A DNA stretch of 64,000 bases from Lachnospiraceae bacterium (GTDB taxonomy: Bacteria > Bacillota > Clostridia > Lachnospirales > Lachnospiraceae). Below, piece after piece: positions 40,011 through 48,570 of this stretch. Positions within the stretch are counted from its first letter, which is position 1. Every line of letters starts with the position of its first letter. The translations under genes were made by a program, and so were the position numbers. The notes under the pieces are model-generated. The model was not told where the DNA came from. It did no database searches and worked only from the letters and a program-made list of their open reading frames with translations. The stretch is taken from NCBI GenBank assembly GCA_024691875.1, contig JAILNG010000119.1:2100-66099 (forward strand), in the 5' to 3' direction.

Positions 40011-40027
40011 GATACTTGCTTTGTCAA
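39999..40027 (-). promoter_or_regulatory. Sigma-A-type promoter of the Re-citrate-synthase-like operon
   Basis: On the minus strand: TTGACA (40027-40022), 17-nt spacer, TACAAT (40004-39999). It lies about 40 nt upstream of a GAGGAG RBS. Confidence 0.6.
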
Positions 40028-40136
40028 GCATGAAAAATATACTTCCCAAAAATCTTAAAAAAACTTTTAAGTTGCGGAAAAAATGTCGATAATAATTATG
40101 GATGCACACAAAAAACATTTCTCAAGGGGGGCTTCC

Positions 40137-41288
40137 ATGAAGATAATATTCAACACATTTAAATATGGGAACGCAAGAACCAAATTTGCACTCCTTCTCA
40201 TGGCTACAGGGCTTTTGGCAGGCTTCGGCATTCTGACCTACTCTCTCATTGTGGCAAATTACGTAGCCAGTTTAGCTGCCATTTTGATCCTTGTTGCCGA
40301 TGTGGGTTTCATTTTGAGCACGGATTTCAGAAACCTGTTCTTCAATTCCCCCAAGAAAAAAGAAAAAGCTTCCAAAAAGAAATACAAGATCACGGAAGAA
40401 GAAACCGATGATGAAGAAGGTTTCGCCCTGGAATGGGTGAACACACATAAGAAAAAGAAATACGAAGAGATCGAGGATAATGATACGGATGAGGACGAGA
40501 TCCCCGGAAGATCCAAAGGCAGACTTTCAGCCCGAGAAGCCGAAGACAAAGACGAAGACGTCAAGAAAGATGCCAAAAAAGAAGCCGACATTGATCCCTT
40601 CAAATTGTATAATCAAAAAAAATACAAACAGATCCTCGTTCAATACAAAGTCAAGCAGGACCACGAGCTTATCCTGATCGATAACTGCCAACGCGAAAAG
40701 ATCTTCCAATGTCCCGCCATCCTCTGGAAGGATAAGACCACAGCCTACATCCTTCTCATCGAGGCAGAGCCGCGGATGATCAAATACAACATGTACGATT
40801 ACAATGAGATGCACATCCGCGTGGGTGTAGATGCAAATCCTTCTCATGAATATATGAACTTTAAGGAGGGTTCATTCCTCGGAAAGCTTTTCATTCCTCT
40901 CCTTCCCAACTACACTACCATCGAGGATCAAAACGGCAGAAAGAACGCTTACAAAAAAGCACTTTACGGTATCGGCCCTGACATCTTCTGCACCTCCAAT
41001 TCCGTAAAGAACATTTTAAAAGTCCTTTCATTGAACATGGTACTCACGGAATCAAAAATACAAAAAGGTTCCTACTCCGACTGGTTTAAAAGGATCTACA
41101 TTTCCCGTCTGATGTACAGAGACAAGATCTTCTCCGCTCCCGAATATCAGGCTCAGGTCATGGGGATCCTTGATCAGATGGCTGAAAAAGCCAATGATGA
41201 TGATTTTGCAAACAGTATAACCCAGATGCTTTTGGGCGGGCTGATTCCTCAGGAGTACGCTGACTACGCAAATTTCAAAAGGAAATAA
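40137..41288 (+). CDS. Hypothetical membrane protein with a highly charged linker
   Basis: Start set to ATG 40137 (GGGGGG upstream). It has two TM helices, then a roughly 100-aa K/E/D-rich segment (KKKEKASKKKYKITEEETDDEE...) and a roughly 220-aa C-terminal domain with no family recognised. Confidence 0.6.
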   Translation: MKIIFNTFKYGNARTKFALLLMATGLLAGFGILTYSLIVANYVASLAAILILVADVGFILSTDFRNLFFNSPKKKEKASKKKYKITEEETDDEEGFALEWVNTHKKKKYEEIEDNDTDEDEIPGRSKGRLSAREAEDKDEDVKKDAKKEADIDPFKLYNQKKYKQILVQYKVKQDHELILIDNCQREKIFQCPAILWKDKTTAYILLIEAEPRMIKYNMYDYNEMHIRVGVDANPSHEYMNFKEGSFLGKLFIPLLPNYTTIEDQNGRKNAYKKALYGIGPDIFCTSNSVKNILKVLSLNMVLTESKIQKGSYSDWFKRIYISRLMYRDKIFSAPEYQAQVMGILDQMAEKANDDDFANSITQMLLGGLIPQEYADYANFKRK

Positions 41289-41289
41289 A

Positions 41290-41330
41290 ATAAAGGAAGC
41301 CTCGCGCAATGCGAAGCTTCCTTCTTTTAA
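41290..41330. terminator. Bidirectional hairpin between convergent genes (hypothetical membrane protein and GldG-like)
   Basis: AAGGAAGC-ctcgcgcaatgcgaa-GCTTCCTT is flanked by T-rich runs on both strands. Confidence 0.6.
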
Positions 41331-41339
41331 TACGATCAT

Positions 41340-42719
41340 CTATCCTCTTTTTCTTCTTATAATAACTTTCACTGTTCCCGTTATCAAAAGTGCCAGCGGT
41401 ATAAGGATCAGGACCGCTGCAATTCCGAGAGCCGTAGACGCACTCGGTATCGAAAGGTACTGAACATCCGTAAAATCAAGTGCCCTGACCGCCATGGAGG
41501 TTTCTTCCATATCGCACAATTCCCCGATACTGTTGATCAGAATGTTAATGTTACCATAGGACGATTTGTTGGCGAAATCATCCGCAAAGAGTCCGATCCC
41601 TGAGTAGACACAAAGCTGTGCTCCCGTATTTGAATCGGAGATCAGGCAGCCGAGATAAAAGGTGCCTTCCTCGTCTCCTTCTTCTTTTTCCGTGGTAGAA
41701 GCATTCACCGCCTTTAGATAAGACGATGATGATGTGTACAACAGATTTGTAAGATCGAGGTTCTCTGCGGAAGTATCCGTCTTGATCGCCGACGAACCCT
41801 GTGACACAACATACTTTTGATCGTAGACTCCGTCATTTATGTCTGCGGCAGTAACATTTGCCACAAAATAATAGGCGGGATACATTCTGTTCATCCTGTT
41901 TGTCTTATCAAAGATGATGCCATCAGCCAGCGAAACTCCGTAATCTGCGAGAACTCCCATGAGATTTTCATGATCTGCATCAAGGTAACTCAGGTTCACG
42001 ATAGCCTTTCCGCCGGAAGCAAGAAAGGCTTTAAGCATCTCCGCTTCGCTTTCGGTAAAGTCATTCTGCGGAGTCTGGATCAGGAGAACGTTGCAATCCT
42101 CGGGGATCTCATCAGCTGTCATCAGTGTAATGTTCGCCACTTCCATATTGGCTTTTTCTATCAGGTTGATCGTTTCCGTTCCCAGAATGTCTTCGCCATG
42201 TCCGGTGCTCTGATAGATCTTTGCGGTTTCATCGGAAGTTACAAAGCCGATAGCCGAATCCAGCTGCCCTTCCATATCGAGTCCGGTGGTGTGACTCTCG
42301 TAGGCATATGTTGTGTAATCCATTGAGTATTCAACGATCACGTATTCCTCTTCAGAAATAAATCTCGACTTTCCCGTACTCTCATTCACAACAATGAGCC
42401 CATAATCAGTGTTCTCGCTGTCGGTGTATTCGGAAGCAAATGCGGGATAAACAGAAGGATCTTTAACTACCACACTCACACGCTTCGATGCCTTGTCAAA
42501 CTGATTCAGAACTTTATCAAACATGTCCACGCTGTTTCCGTCCGGTTCCAGATAGTAGATCGTAATGTCATCTTCAAGTTCCTTCAGATACTCTTTTGTA
42601 TCCTCGGTAATCGTATAAAGTCCGTTATCCGTAAAATCAAAGGTAATGTTTAATTTCGCAAAAAGCAGGTTAACCGCGATCACCGCGATCAAAACTATGA
42701 TTATATTAAGCTTTTTCAT
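41340..42719 (-). CDS. GldG-like auxiliary component of an ABC-2 transporter
   Basis: 459 aa with N- and C-terminal TM anchors flanking a large extracytoplasmic domain. It follows the ABC-2 permease and ATPase genes. Confidence 0.65.
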   Translation of the reverse strand: MKKLNIIIVLIAVIAVNLLFAKLNITFDFTDNGLYTITEDTKEYLKELEDDITIYYLEPDGNSVDMFDKVLNQFDKASKRVSVVVKDPSVYPAFASEYTDSENTDYGLIVVNESTGKSRFISEEEYVIVEYSMDYTTYAYESHTTGLDMEGQLDSAIGFVTSDETAKIYQSTGHGEDILGTETINLIEKANMEVANITLMTADEIPEDCNVLLIQTPQNDFTESEAEMLKAFLASGGKAIVNLSYLDADHENLMGVLADYGVSLADGIIFDKTNRMNRMYPAYYFVANVTAADINDGVYDQKYVVSQGSSAIKTDTSAENLDLTNLLYTSSSSYLKAVNASTTEKEEGDEEGTFYLGCLISDSNTGAQLCVYSGIGLFADDFANKSSYGNINILINSIGELCDMEETSMAVRALDFTDVQYLSIPSASTALGIAAVLILIPLALLITGTVKVIIRRKRG

Positions 42720-42731
42720 GATCCGGCCCTC

Positions 42732-43595
42732 CTAATTTCTACCGCTGTTCTTTACGACCTGTACGGACAGGAAATAAAAGAGAACGATGATTGACAAGTA
42801 GTATACTGCGCCGCCGAGATCAAAAACGCCCAGAATGAAATTGTTCATTTTGCCGGTCAATGCAAAAGCTCCGAAGAGTTCCGCAACCTTTCCTTCCAAA
42901 AGTGCGGGCTTAATGATCTTTACAAGGATCAGACCTCCCTCCGCAACAAGTGCGGCCACTCCCGTTATCCATTTGTTTCTTAAAAGCATATGTATTCCGA
43001 ACACACCCGCCAGGATGAGGATGAAAAACGTAACAAAGGCGGTGGTCGAATCCGTTTCAAAGAGACTTCCTATGCCTTCGGAAAGCAGAGTAAAGAAGAT
43101 CAGGGCATAGCTAAGTATGGCAGCAAGGATCTGATGTTCGGTGGTACAGGAAACGAACGCGCCGATGGTCAGATACGCACAGCCCATAAGAAAAAATGCA
43201 AAGATGGCTCCGTAGGCGGTAATGAAATTGATCTTACCGAAAAGCGCCAGCCCGAGAGGAACCGGGCATAATACTGCCATGGCGATTCCCAAAAGAGCAA
43301 ATGATGCAAGAAGCTTTCCGGCAATGATCTTTTCCGCCGGGACACCTGATGTCAAAAGCAGCTGATCCGTCTTTTGTTTCTTTTCTTCTGCCATAAATCT
43401 CATTGTGACCATGGGTATCATAAACGCCAGCACCATGGAAAGCGGCTGCAGAACCACTTCGAAGTAGGGATAGCCGTTTAAAATGTTGTCAACGTAGATG
43501 TATATGCCTGCAAAGGCAAGAAAAAGGGCAAGAAAAAGCCAGCCTATGATGCCTTGAAAGTAGCCCCGAAATTCCTTTTTAAAGATTGCTTTCAT
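42732..43595 (-). CDS. ABC-2 type transporter permease (GldF-like)
   Basis: Start set to M37 (MKAIFKKEFRGYF), which overlaps the ATPase 3' end by 17 nt. About six TM helices. Confidence 0.75.
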   Translation of the reverse strand: MKAIFKKEFRGYFQGIIGWLFLALFLAFAGIYIYVDNILNGYPYFEVVLQPLSMVLAFMIPMVTMRFMAEEKKQKTDQLLLTSGVPAEKIIAGKLLASFALLGIAMAVLCPVPLGLALFGKINFITAYGAIFAFFLMGCAYLTIGAFVSCTTEHQILAAILSYALIFFTLLSEGIGSLFETDSTTAFVTFFILILAGVFGIHMLLRNKWITGVAALVAEGGLILVKIIKPALLEGKVAELFGAFALTGKMNNFILGVFDLGGAVYYLSIIVLFYFLSVQVVKNSGRN

Positions 43596-44544
43596 CTGTT
43601 TCCCCCTCCTCCGATTCCTTAATAAATTCCAGGAACATCTCCTCAAGATCCATTGAGAGTGCAGCCTGCTCAAGAACGGCGATGTGTGCTGAGGCCAGTT
43701 CAAAGTAAACAGCTTCTCTTACATCAGCATCCTGTGCGGTGTAAACGTTAAGGATCGAACCTTCCTCTCCCTCCTTAACGATCTCGGCCTCTTCCACTCC
43801 GTCCATGCCGGAAAGGATCTCTTTTGCCTTTGCAGCATCTCCCTTAACCGTGAGCTTCAACCCCTTTCTCACATTCAGATGCTTTGAAAGGCCTTCGGCA
43901 GTGTCGGAAACAATGAGCTTTCCTTTGTTAATGATCATTACCGTGTCACAGACTGCGCTGATCTCCGAAAGAATGTGCGAACTGAGGATCACGGTATGTT
44001 CCTTGGCAAAACTCTTGATCAATTCCCTGATCTCTATGATCTGAACAGGATCCAGCCCAACGGTAGGTTCGTCAAGGATCACTATCTCAGGTCTTGTGAC
44101 GATTGCCTGAGCGATGCCCACCCTTTGTTTAAATCCTTTTGAAAGATGCCTAATGAGTCGTTCCGAAACATCGGTAATTCCTGTTTTTTCCATGGCCTCT
44201 TCTACTGCCTGCACTCTTACCTTCTTATCGGAAAAGCCTTTGAGCTCTGCAACAAAGTCCAAATACTCACGCACTTTCATATCCGGATAAACAGGGGGCT
44301 GCTCAGGGAGATAACCCAGACAATTTTTTGCCTTTTCCGGCTTCTTCACCATGTCAAAACCGTTGATCAGGATCGTTCCCTCCGTGGGCGCAATGTATCC
44401 CGTAAGAATGTTCATGGTTGTTGATTTTCCCGCACCGTTGGGTCCCAAAAATCCCAGTATCTGACCCCTGTCAACAGTGAAGGAAAGATTGTTGACCGCA
44501 AGATGATCATCGTATCTCTTGGTCAGGTTCCTTACTTCGATCAA
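43579..44544 (-). CDS. ABC transporter ATP-binding protein (GldA-like)
   Basis: Walker A GPNGAGKST, signature LSKGFKQR and Walker B IVILDEP. Confidence 0.9.
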   Translation of the reverse strand: MIEVRNLTKRYDDHLAVNNLSFTVDRGQILGFLGPNGAGKSTTMNILTGYIAPTEGTILINGFDMVKKPEKAKNCLGYLPEQPPVYPDMKVREYLDFVAELKGFSDKKVRVQAVEEAMEKTGITDVSERLIRHLSKGFKQRVGIAQAIVTRPEIVILDEPTVGLDPVQIIEIRELIKSFAKEHTVILSSHILSEISAVCDTVMIINKGKLIVSDTAEGLSKHLNVRKGLKLTVKGDAAKAKEILSGMDGVEEAEIVKEGEEGSILNVYTAQDADVREAVYFELASAHIAVLEQAALSMDLEEMFLEFIKESEEGETDESNL

Positions 44545-44582
44545 TATATTATCCTCCTCATTTTATTCTGTGGTTTTAAGAG

Positions 44583-44626
44583 CAAACAAAAAACGCACTG
44601 CTTTATTTTATTAAAGCAATGCGTTT
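44583..44626 (-). terminator. Terminator after the orphan SBP gene, separating it from the ABC-2 operon
   Basis: On the minus strand, a 15-bp stem AAACGCATTGCTTTA...TAAAGCAGTGCGTTT (1 mismatch) is followed by TTTGTTTG. Confidence 0.65.
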
Positions 44627-44658
44627 TGTTTATGCTCATTTTGTGAAGATATTGTGTT

Positions 44659-45537
44659 TTACTCTTCAGCTTCGGGAACAATACATTCCATTCCGCCATA
44701 GTTGGTAACACGTTCAATGAAGTCCTCTCTGTTTTCAAGGAAGTAGGTCTTAAACTGTTCGCAAAGGCCCGAACCCTTTCTGAAAAGGACCACCATGTCC
44801 TCATTGTTAAGGATGATGTCCGTGCAGATCAGATCATCATAATCCGTTCCGTCTCCCACCATCATGTTTGCGGTAAAGCAGCTGATGATGACTGCTTGAG
44901 CTTTAGCGGCCGAGATGTAGAACAAAGCTTCCGATTCTGAGTCTGCTGTAACGTAATTAAGTCCAAGGCTCTTGGCAACGCGTTCCGCTGCCGAATCCTT
45001 ACAAACCGCAAATGTTCTGTCCTTAATATCTTCGATAGTTGATATCTCGTAGAATTCATCATCGTTCTTAACAACCACTACCTGACTGTTGGTCAGATAC
45101 GGATCTGAACATGAGAAAGATTCTTCAAGACTTTCATCATAGACAACACCGCTCCAATAGCAATCTATCTGTTTCTTATAGAGAGCTGTACGGATGTCCT
45201 CTTCGGGAACGATAACATATCTCACATCAACATCAAGCCAGGATTTTGCGAAGATAAGCGCAAGATCCGCATCAATTCCGCGCCAGTCCTTGCCATCCGC
45301 GTAATTGAAAGGAACGTTTTCGGAAACGCCCACGTACAGTTTTCCTCTTTCGGTAACGTACTTGTAGTCACTGTCCTCGCTGATAATGATCTCCTGCTCG
45401 ATCACACCGGGGATGGAATTTTTATCGGAGGAATTGTCACCGGTCTCACTTTCGGTTGTATTACCGCAACCTGCCAAGCTGATGACCAGTGATAAAACGA
45501 TCGCAAGTGCGAAAAAATTCTTAAACAAGTTTTTCAT
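44659..45537 (-). CDS. Solute-binding lipoprotein, family 3 (amino-acid-type SBP), orphan
   Basis: Start set to M29 (MKNLFKNFFALAIVLSLVISLAGC), which carries a lipobox. The fold looks SBP_bac_3-like (LYVGVSENVPFNY). No cognate permease or ATPase is adjacent. Confidence 0.7.
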   Translation of the reverse strand: MKNLFKNFFALAIVLSLVISLAGCGNTTESETGDNSSDKNSIPGVIEQEIIISEDSDYKYVTERGKLYVGVSENVPFNYADGKDWRGIDADLALIFAKSWLDVDVRYVIVPEEDIRTALYKKQIDCYWSGVVYDESLEESFSCSDPYLTNSQVVVVKNDDEFYEISTIEDIKDRTFAVCKDSAAERVAKSLGLNYVTADSESEALFYISAAKAQAVIISCFTANMMVGDGTDYDDLICTDIILNNEDMVVLFRKGSGLCEQFKTYFLENREDFIERVTNYGGMECIVPEAEE

Positions 45538-45629
45538 ATAGTACCTTTCCCTTCTCGTAAAGCATTTTTGAAGTTTAGCACTGCCAAGTTTACAAGTCAA
45601 TATTTTCCTTATTTTTTTCACAATTACAC

Positions 45630-45658
45630 TTGCGCACTGTTTTTGTGTATGCTATAAT
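45630..45658 (+). promoter_or_regulatory. Sigma-A-type promoter of the LysR gene
   Basis: TTGCGC, 17 nt, TGcTATAAT (extended -10). Confidence 0.55.
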
Positions 45659-45684
45659 CTATTTGCATACTAATTCAACGTATC

Positions 45685-45699
45685 ATAACTTTAGGTTAT
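45685..45699. promoter_or_regulatory. Inverted repeat ATAAC-n5-GTTAT (a T-N11-A-type LysR box candidate)
   Basis: The 15-bp dyad sits immediately before the GGAGG RBS of the LysR gene, in the divergent region shared with the SBP gene. Confidence 0.4.
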
Positions 45700-45709
45700 G
45701 GAGGCACAA

Positions 45710-46606
45710 ATGTCGGAAGCACCATCATTAACTTCATATCTTGTATTCAACACAGTGGCTAAACGTGGCAATCTTTCGGCTGCAGCCAAAGAACTATTGA
45801 TCAGTCAACCTGCGGTGAGTCGCAGTCTTTCAAAGCTTGAGGAGGGTCTTTCAGTGAAGCTTTTTATCAGAAACTCCCGAGGAGTAAGGCTCACAGAAGA
45901 AGGAGCCGTGCTCTATGAACACACCAAAACGGCATTTGACTCCCTGGATCAGGCACAAAAATGCATTGAACGCATCAATTCTCTCGGTATCGGAACATTA
46001 AGAATAGGTGCCAGTGCATCACTTTGCCGTTTTCTTCTTATGCCCCGACTTAAAGATTTCATAAAACATTCGCCGAATATGAAGCCCCAGATAACACTGG
46101 GTTCTTCCACCGAGATCATGGAAAAGGTCGAAGAAGGAGTTCTCGACGTCGGTCTGATCAGTCGTCTTCCTTCCGTTCACCGCCTTGAGTACACAGAGAT
46201 CATGAAACTGACGGACACCTTTGTGGCTTCTCCGGATTACATCAAAAAACAGGAAGCCCTCGGCATCAATTCCCGTTCAAAGGAGATTTTTGAACAAGGT
46301 GCTCTCTTCCTTCCCGAAGATGGAAGCTACACACGGCATCACATCGATGCCATTTTGGATTTCAATCAGGTTCTCCCTTCTTACATTACCGCCAGCGAAA
46401 ATCCCGATTCTCTCAGGGAGTTCGCGCTTTCCGGTGCAGGCATAGCAGCCGTAGCCAGGGAATTTGTCATCGAAGACCTAAAAAAAGGAAGATTGAAAGA
46501 ACTTCCTTTGTCTCTCGGCGGTTCCAAGAGGAGCGTCGGTCTCTGTTACAACAAGACCACTCTTCAATCAAAAGCTCTTAACTCATTTTTGGATGTATAC
46601 AAATAA
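45710..46606 (+). CDS. LysR-family transcriptional regulator
   Basis: N-terminal HTH FNTVAKRGNLSAAAKELLISQPAVSRSLSKLE. I prefer ATG 45710 (GGAGG 5 nt upstream) over ATG 45698. Confidence 0.88.
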   Translation: MSEAPSLTSYLVFNTVAKRGNLSAAAKELLISQPAVSRSLSKLEEGLSVKLFIRNSRGVRLTEEGAVLYEHTKTAFDSLDQAQKCIERINSLGIGTLRIGASASLCRFLLMPRLKDFIKHSPNMKPQITLGSSTEIMEKVEEGVLDVGLISRLPSVHRLEYTEIMKLTDTFVASPDYIKKQEALGINSRSKEIFEQGALFLPEDGSYTRHHIDAILDFNQVLPSYITASENPDSLREFALSGAGIAAVAREFVIEDLKKGRLKELPLSLGGSKRSVGLCYNKTTLQSKALNSFLDVYK

Positions 46607-46624
46607 TTTTGAAAGGATGTTAAA

Positions 46625-46963
46625 ATGAAAGCTTTCATCAACACAAATCTTTCCCTGCGTCAAAGAATAACCCTCTACAGACTGCTCTACACCTTAAACG
46701 AGATGAATTTCTCCTATCTTCGCCCGGTTATCGCAGGAACTGTTGTATTGTGCATGCTCTACGTTAAACTCCTTATCCCCGAAAACTATTTTTCAGCTAC
46801 CACGAACACTCAGATCGCTTTATTCAATACATTTTTTGTATTTTCGATCCTGTGTTTCCTGATCTTTCTTCATCCATATGCACGAAAGCTCTACGGAAAG
46901 TTTCGTGTCTATCTTTACAGGCGCAAAAAAAGAGCGACCAGGTCGCTCTTCCGATTCAATTAG
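46625..46963 (+). CDS. Small hypothetical membrane protein
   Basis: 112 aa with two predicted TM helices and a basic tail. It has a weak AAGGA RBS, lies 18 nt after the LysR gene and is followed by a terminator. Confidence 0.45.
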   Translation: MKAFINTNLSLRQRITLYRLLYTLNEMNFSYLRPVIAGTVVLCMLYVKLLIPENYFSATTNTQIALFNTFFVFSILCFLIFLHPYARKLYGKFRVYLYRRKKRATRSLFRFN

Positions 46964-47011
46964 ATTATATGTTGTTCTCCTAATTTAAGTGCTTCGTGCC
47001 TACCGAAGCAC

Positions 47012-47053
47012 AAAAACAGCGGTCATGAATTTTCCCGTGACCGCCGTTTTTTT
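47012..47053. terminator. Bidirectional terminator between the small membrane protein gene and the J-domain operon
   Basis: GCGGTCA-n12-TGACCGC has TTTTTTT on the plus strand and TGTTTTTG on the minus strand. Confidence 0.7.
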
Positions 47054-47741
47054 ATAAGCAGCAAAGAAATCCGCTGCCTCCGGTGCAACATTGTATTGCC
47101 AGGCAATACAGGCAGATCCTGCTTGCCCCGCCGTAATCCGAATAGCCAGCTCTTTGATCGGTGTACCATCTTCCTCCGGATTCCAGCGCATTGACCAGCC
47201 TTGCGTACTTCATATCGGAAGGATTCATCTCCGCAGCCCGCTTGGCATGTTCCAAAGCCGCTACGTTATTCCCAAGGCCCGAATTTGCCATAGCAGCGTA
47301 ATAGTACCAGTCTGCCGTCCTGTCTTCCGCTTCCACATTGCTCAGAGTATTAAGCGCTTCCCTGTATCTTCCGGCCGAAACATAATTTGCCGCAGCGTTA
47401 ACGTAATTAGTCTCATTGCTTCCGTAGGACGATGATCTCTGTCTTGCTCTTCCTCCAAAGCCTCCAAAATCAAAACCGAAGCCAAAAGGATCCTCGTAGT
47501 AATCGGATCGGTCATCGGAAGTTCTTTCATCATAGCCTCCGGTGTATCCGCGTTCTCTGTCTTTTACGATCTGATGATAGGCAGCCTGTATTTCCTTAAA
47601 CTTCTCTTCCGCCTGATCCTTATTGGGGTTGTTAATATTCGCATCAGGATGGTACTTTCTGCAAAGGTTTCTGTATTGTTTTTTTATATCATCCATCTCG
47701 GCGTTTTGTGAAACGCCAAGGATCTTGTAAGGATCAGTCAT
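47052..47741 (-). CDS. J-domain protein with a TPR-like region and a C-terminal cysteine-rich tail
   Basis: Start set to M35 (MTDPYKILGV). The J-domain HPD is intact (YRNLCRKYHPDAN). It also has a G/F-like stretch DPFGFGFDFGGFGG and TPR-like helices. It ends ICLYCLAIQCCTGGSGFLCCL. Confidence 0.8.
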   Translation of the reverse strand: MTDPYKILGVSQNAEMDDIKKQYRNLCRKYHPDANINNPNKDQAEEKFKEIQAAYHQIVKDRERGYTGGYDERTSDDRSDYYEDPFGFGFDFGGFGGRARQRSSSYGSNETNYVNAAANYVSAGRYREALNTLSNVEAEDRTADWYYYAAMANSGLGNNVAALEHAKRAAEMNPSDMKYARLVNALESGGRWYTDQRAGYSDYGGASRICLYCLAIQCCTGGSGFLCCL

Positions 47742-48558
47742 TTTTAGTTTCCCCTTCGTTTTCTTTGTTAAACCGTACCCATATGCCCGAATAAATGATG
47801 TTTCTGAGGATATCGAGATTCTTATCCACCGGCAGAGTTTCAAACGTTCTTGCCGCTTCCGCAGCCATCATCGTAAGGATCCTCTTGCCGTCGGTGTCCT
47901 TGTCTATGCCTTTAAGAACAAAGGGATTGTAGCTCCCCGTCTTTTTATCGTCGTCGTAATCTTCGTAAGCATCCGCCAGATAGATGAACTTGCCCAGGAA
48001 AAAGCCCAGTTTTCTCAAAGTACCGCTCCATTCATCTTCTTTAAAACAAAAAACCTCGCCCAGCATTTCACCCGTAAGCCCCGCCACAGCATCCAGATCT
48101 GTTTCCTTTGCTTTCTCGGCCTCGTGAAGCTTCGAAATGTAATCACCGATTGCCTGCGCCTGCCTCGGATAGAGCTTTGCCAGTTTGTTGCGCTTTCGTT
48201 TTAAAAGCAAGGCGCCTGCCTTCGCGCCCGGATTCTTGGAATCGAACCATTTGTCCTCAAGATTGTCATAGGCAAGGAGAATGTTCATGTCCGCCGCATA
48301 GGTGCAGGCATCTCCTTCCATACTGTCGTGAGGACTGATCATGTGTGGCGCACACCTTCTCTTCTCCTTAACCGTCTCCAGATCGTAAAGCCCGTCCAGA
48401 AGCACTGCCAAAAAGGTCATATCAAAGCTGAGCGTCAGTCTCCCGGCAGTTCCAAGCCTCTTTCTCAAGGCCTGGCAAACGCCGCAGTAGTAAGCTCTGT
48501 ATAAATTAAAGTCTTTGACCTTTAATTCATTTTTATTGATGTTTACGTATCCGAACAT
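47734..48558 (-). CDS. DUF5685-like protein (recollection), function unknown
   Basis: 274 aa with MFGYVNINKNELKVKDFNLYRAYYCGVCQALRKR, RRCAPH and an acidic DAYEDYDDD. It overlaps the J-protein start by 8 nt. Confidence 0.65.
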   Translation of the reverse strand: MFGYVNINKNELKVKDFNLYRAYYCGVCQALRKRLGTAGRLTLSFDMTFLAVLLDGLYDLETVKEKRRCAPHMISPHDSMEGDACTYAADMNILLAYDNLEDKWFDSKNPGAKAGALLLKRKRNKLAKLYPRQAQAIGDYISKLHEAEKAKETDLDAVAGLTGEMLGEVFCFKEDEWSGTLRKLGFFLGKFIYLADAYEDYDDDKKTGSYNPFVLKGIDKDTDGKRILTMMAAEAARTFETLPVDKNLDILRNIIYSGIWVRFNKENEGETKND

Positions 48559-48570
48559 GCTTTACCCCGA

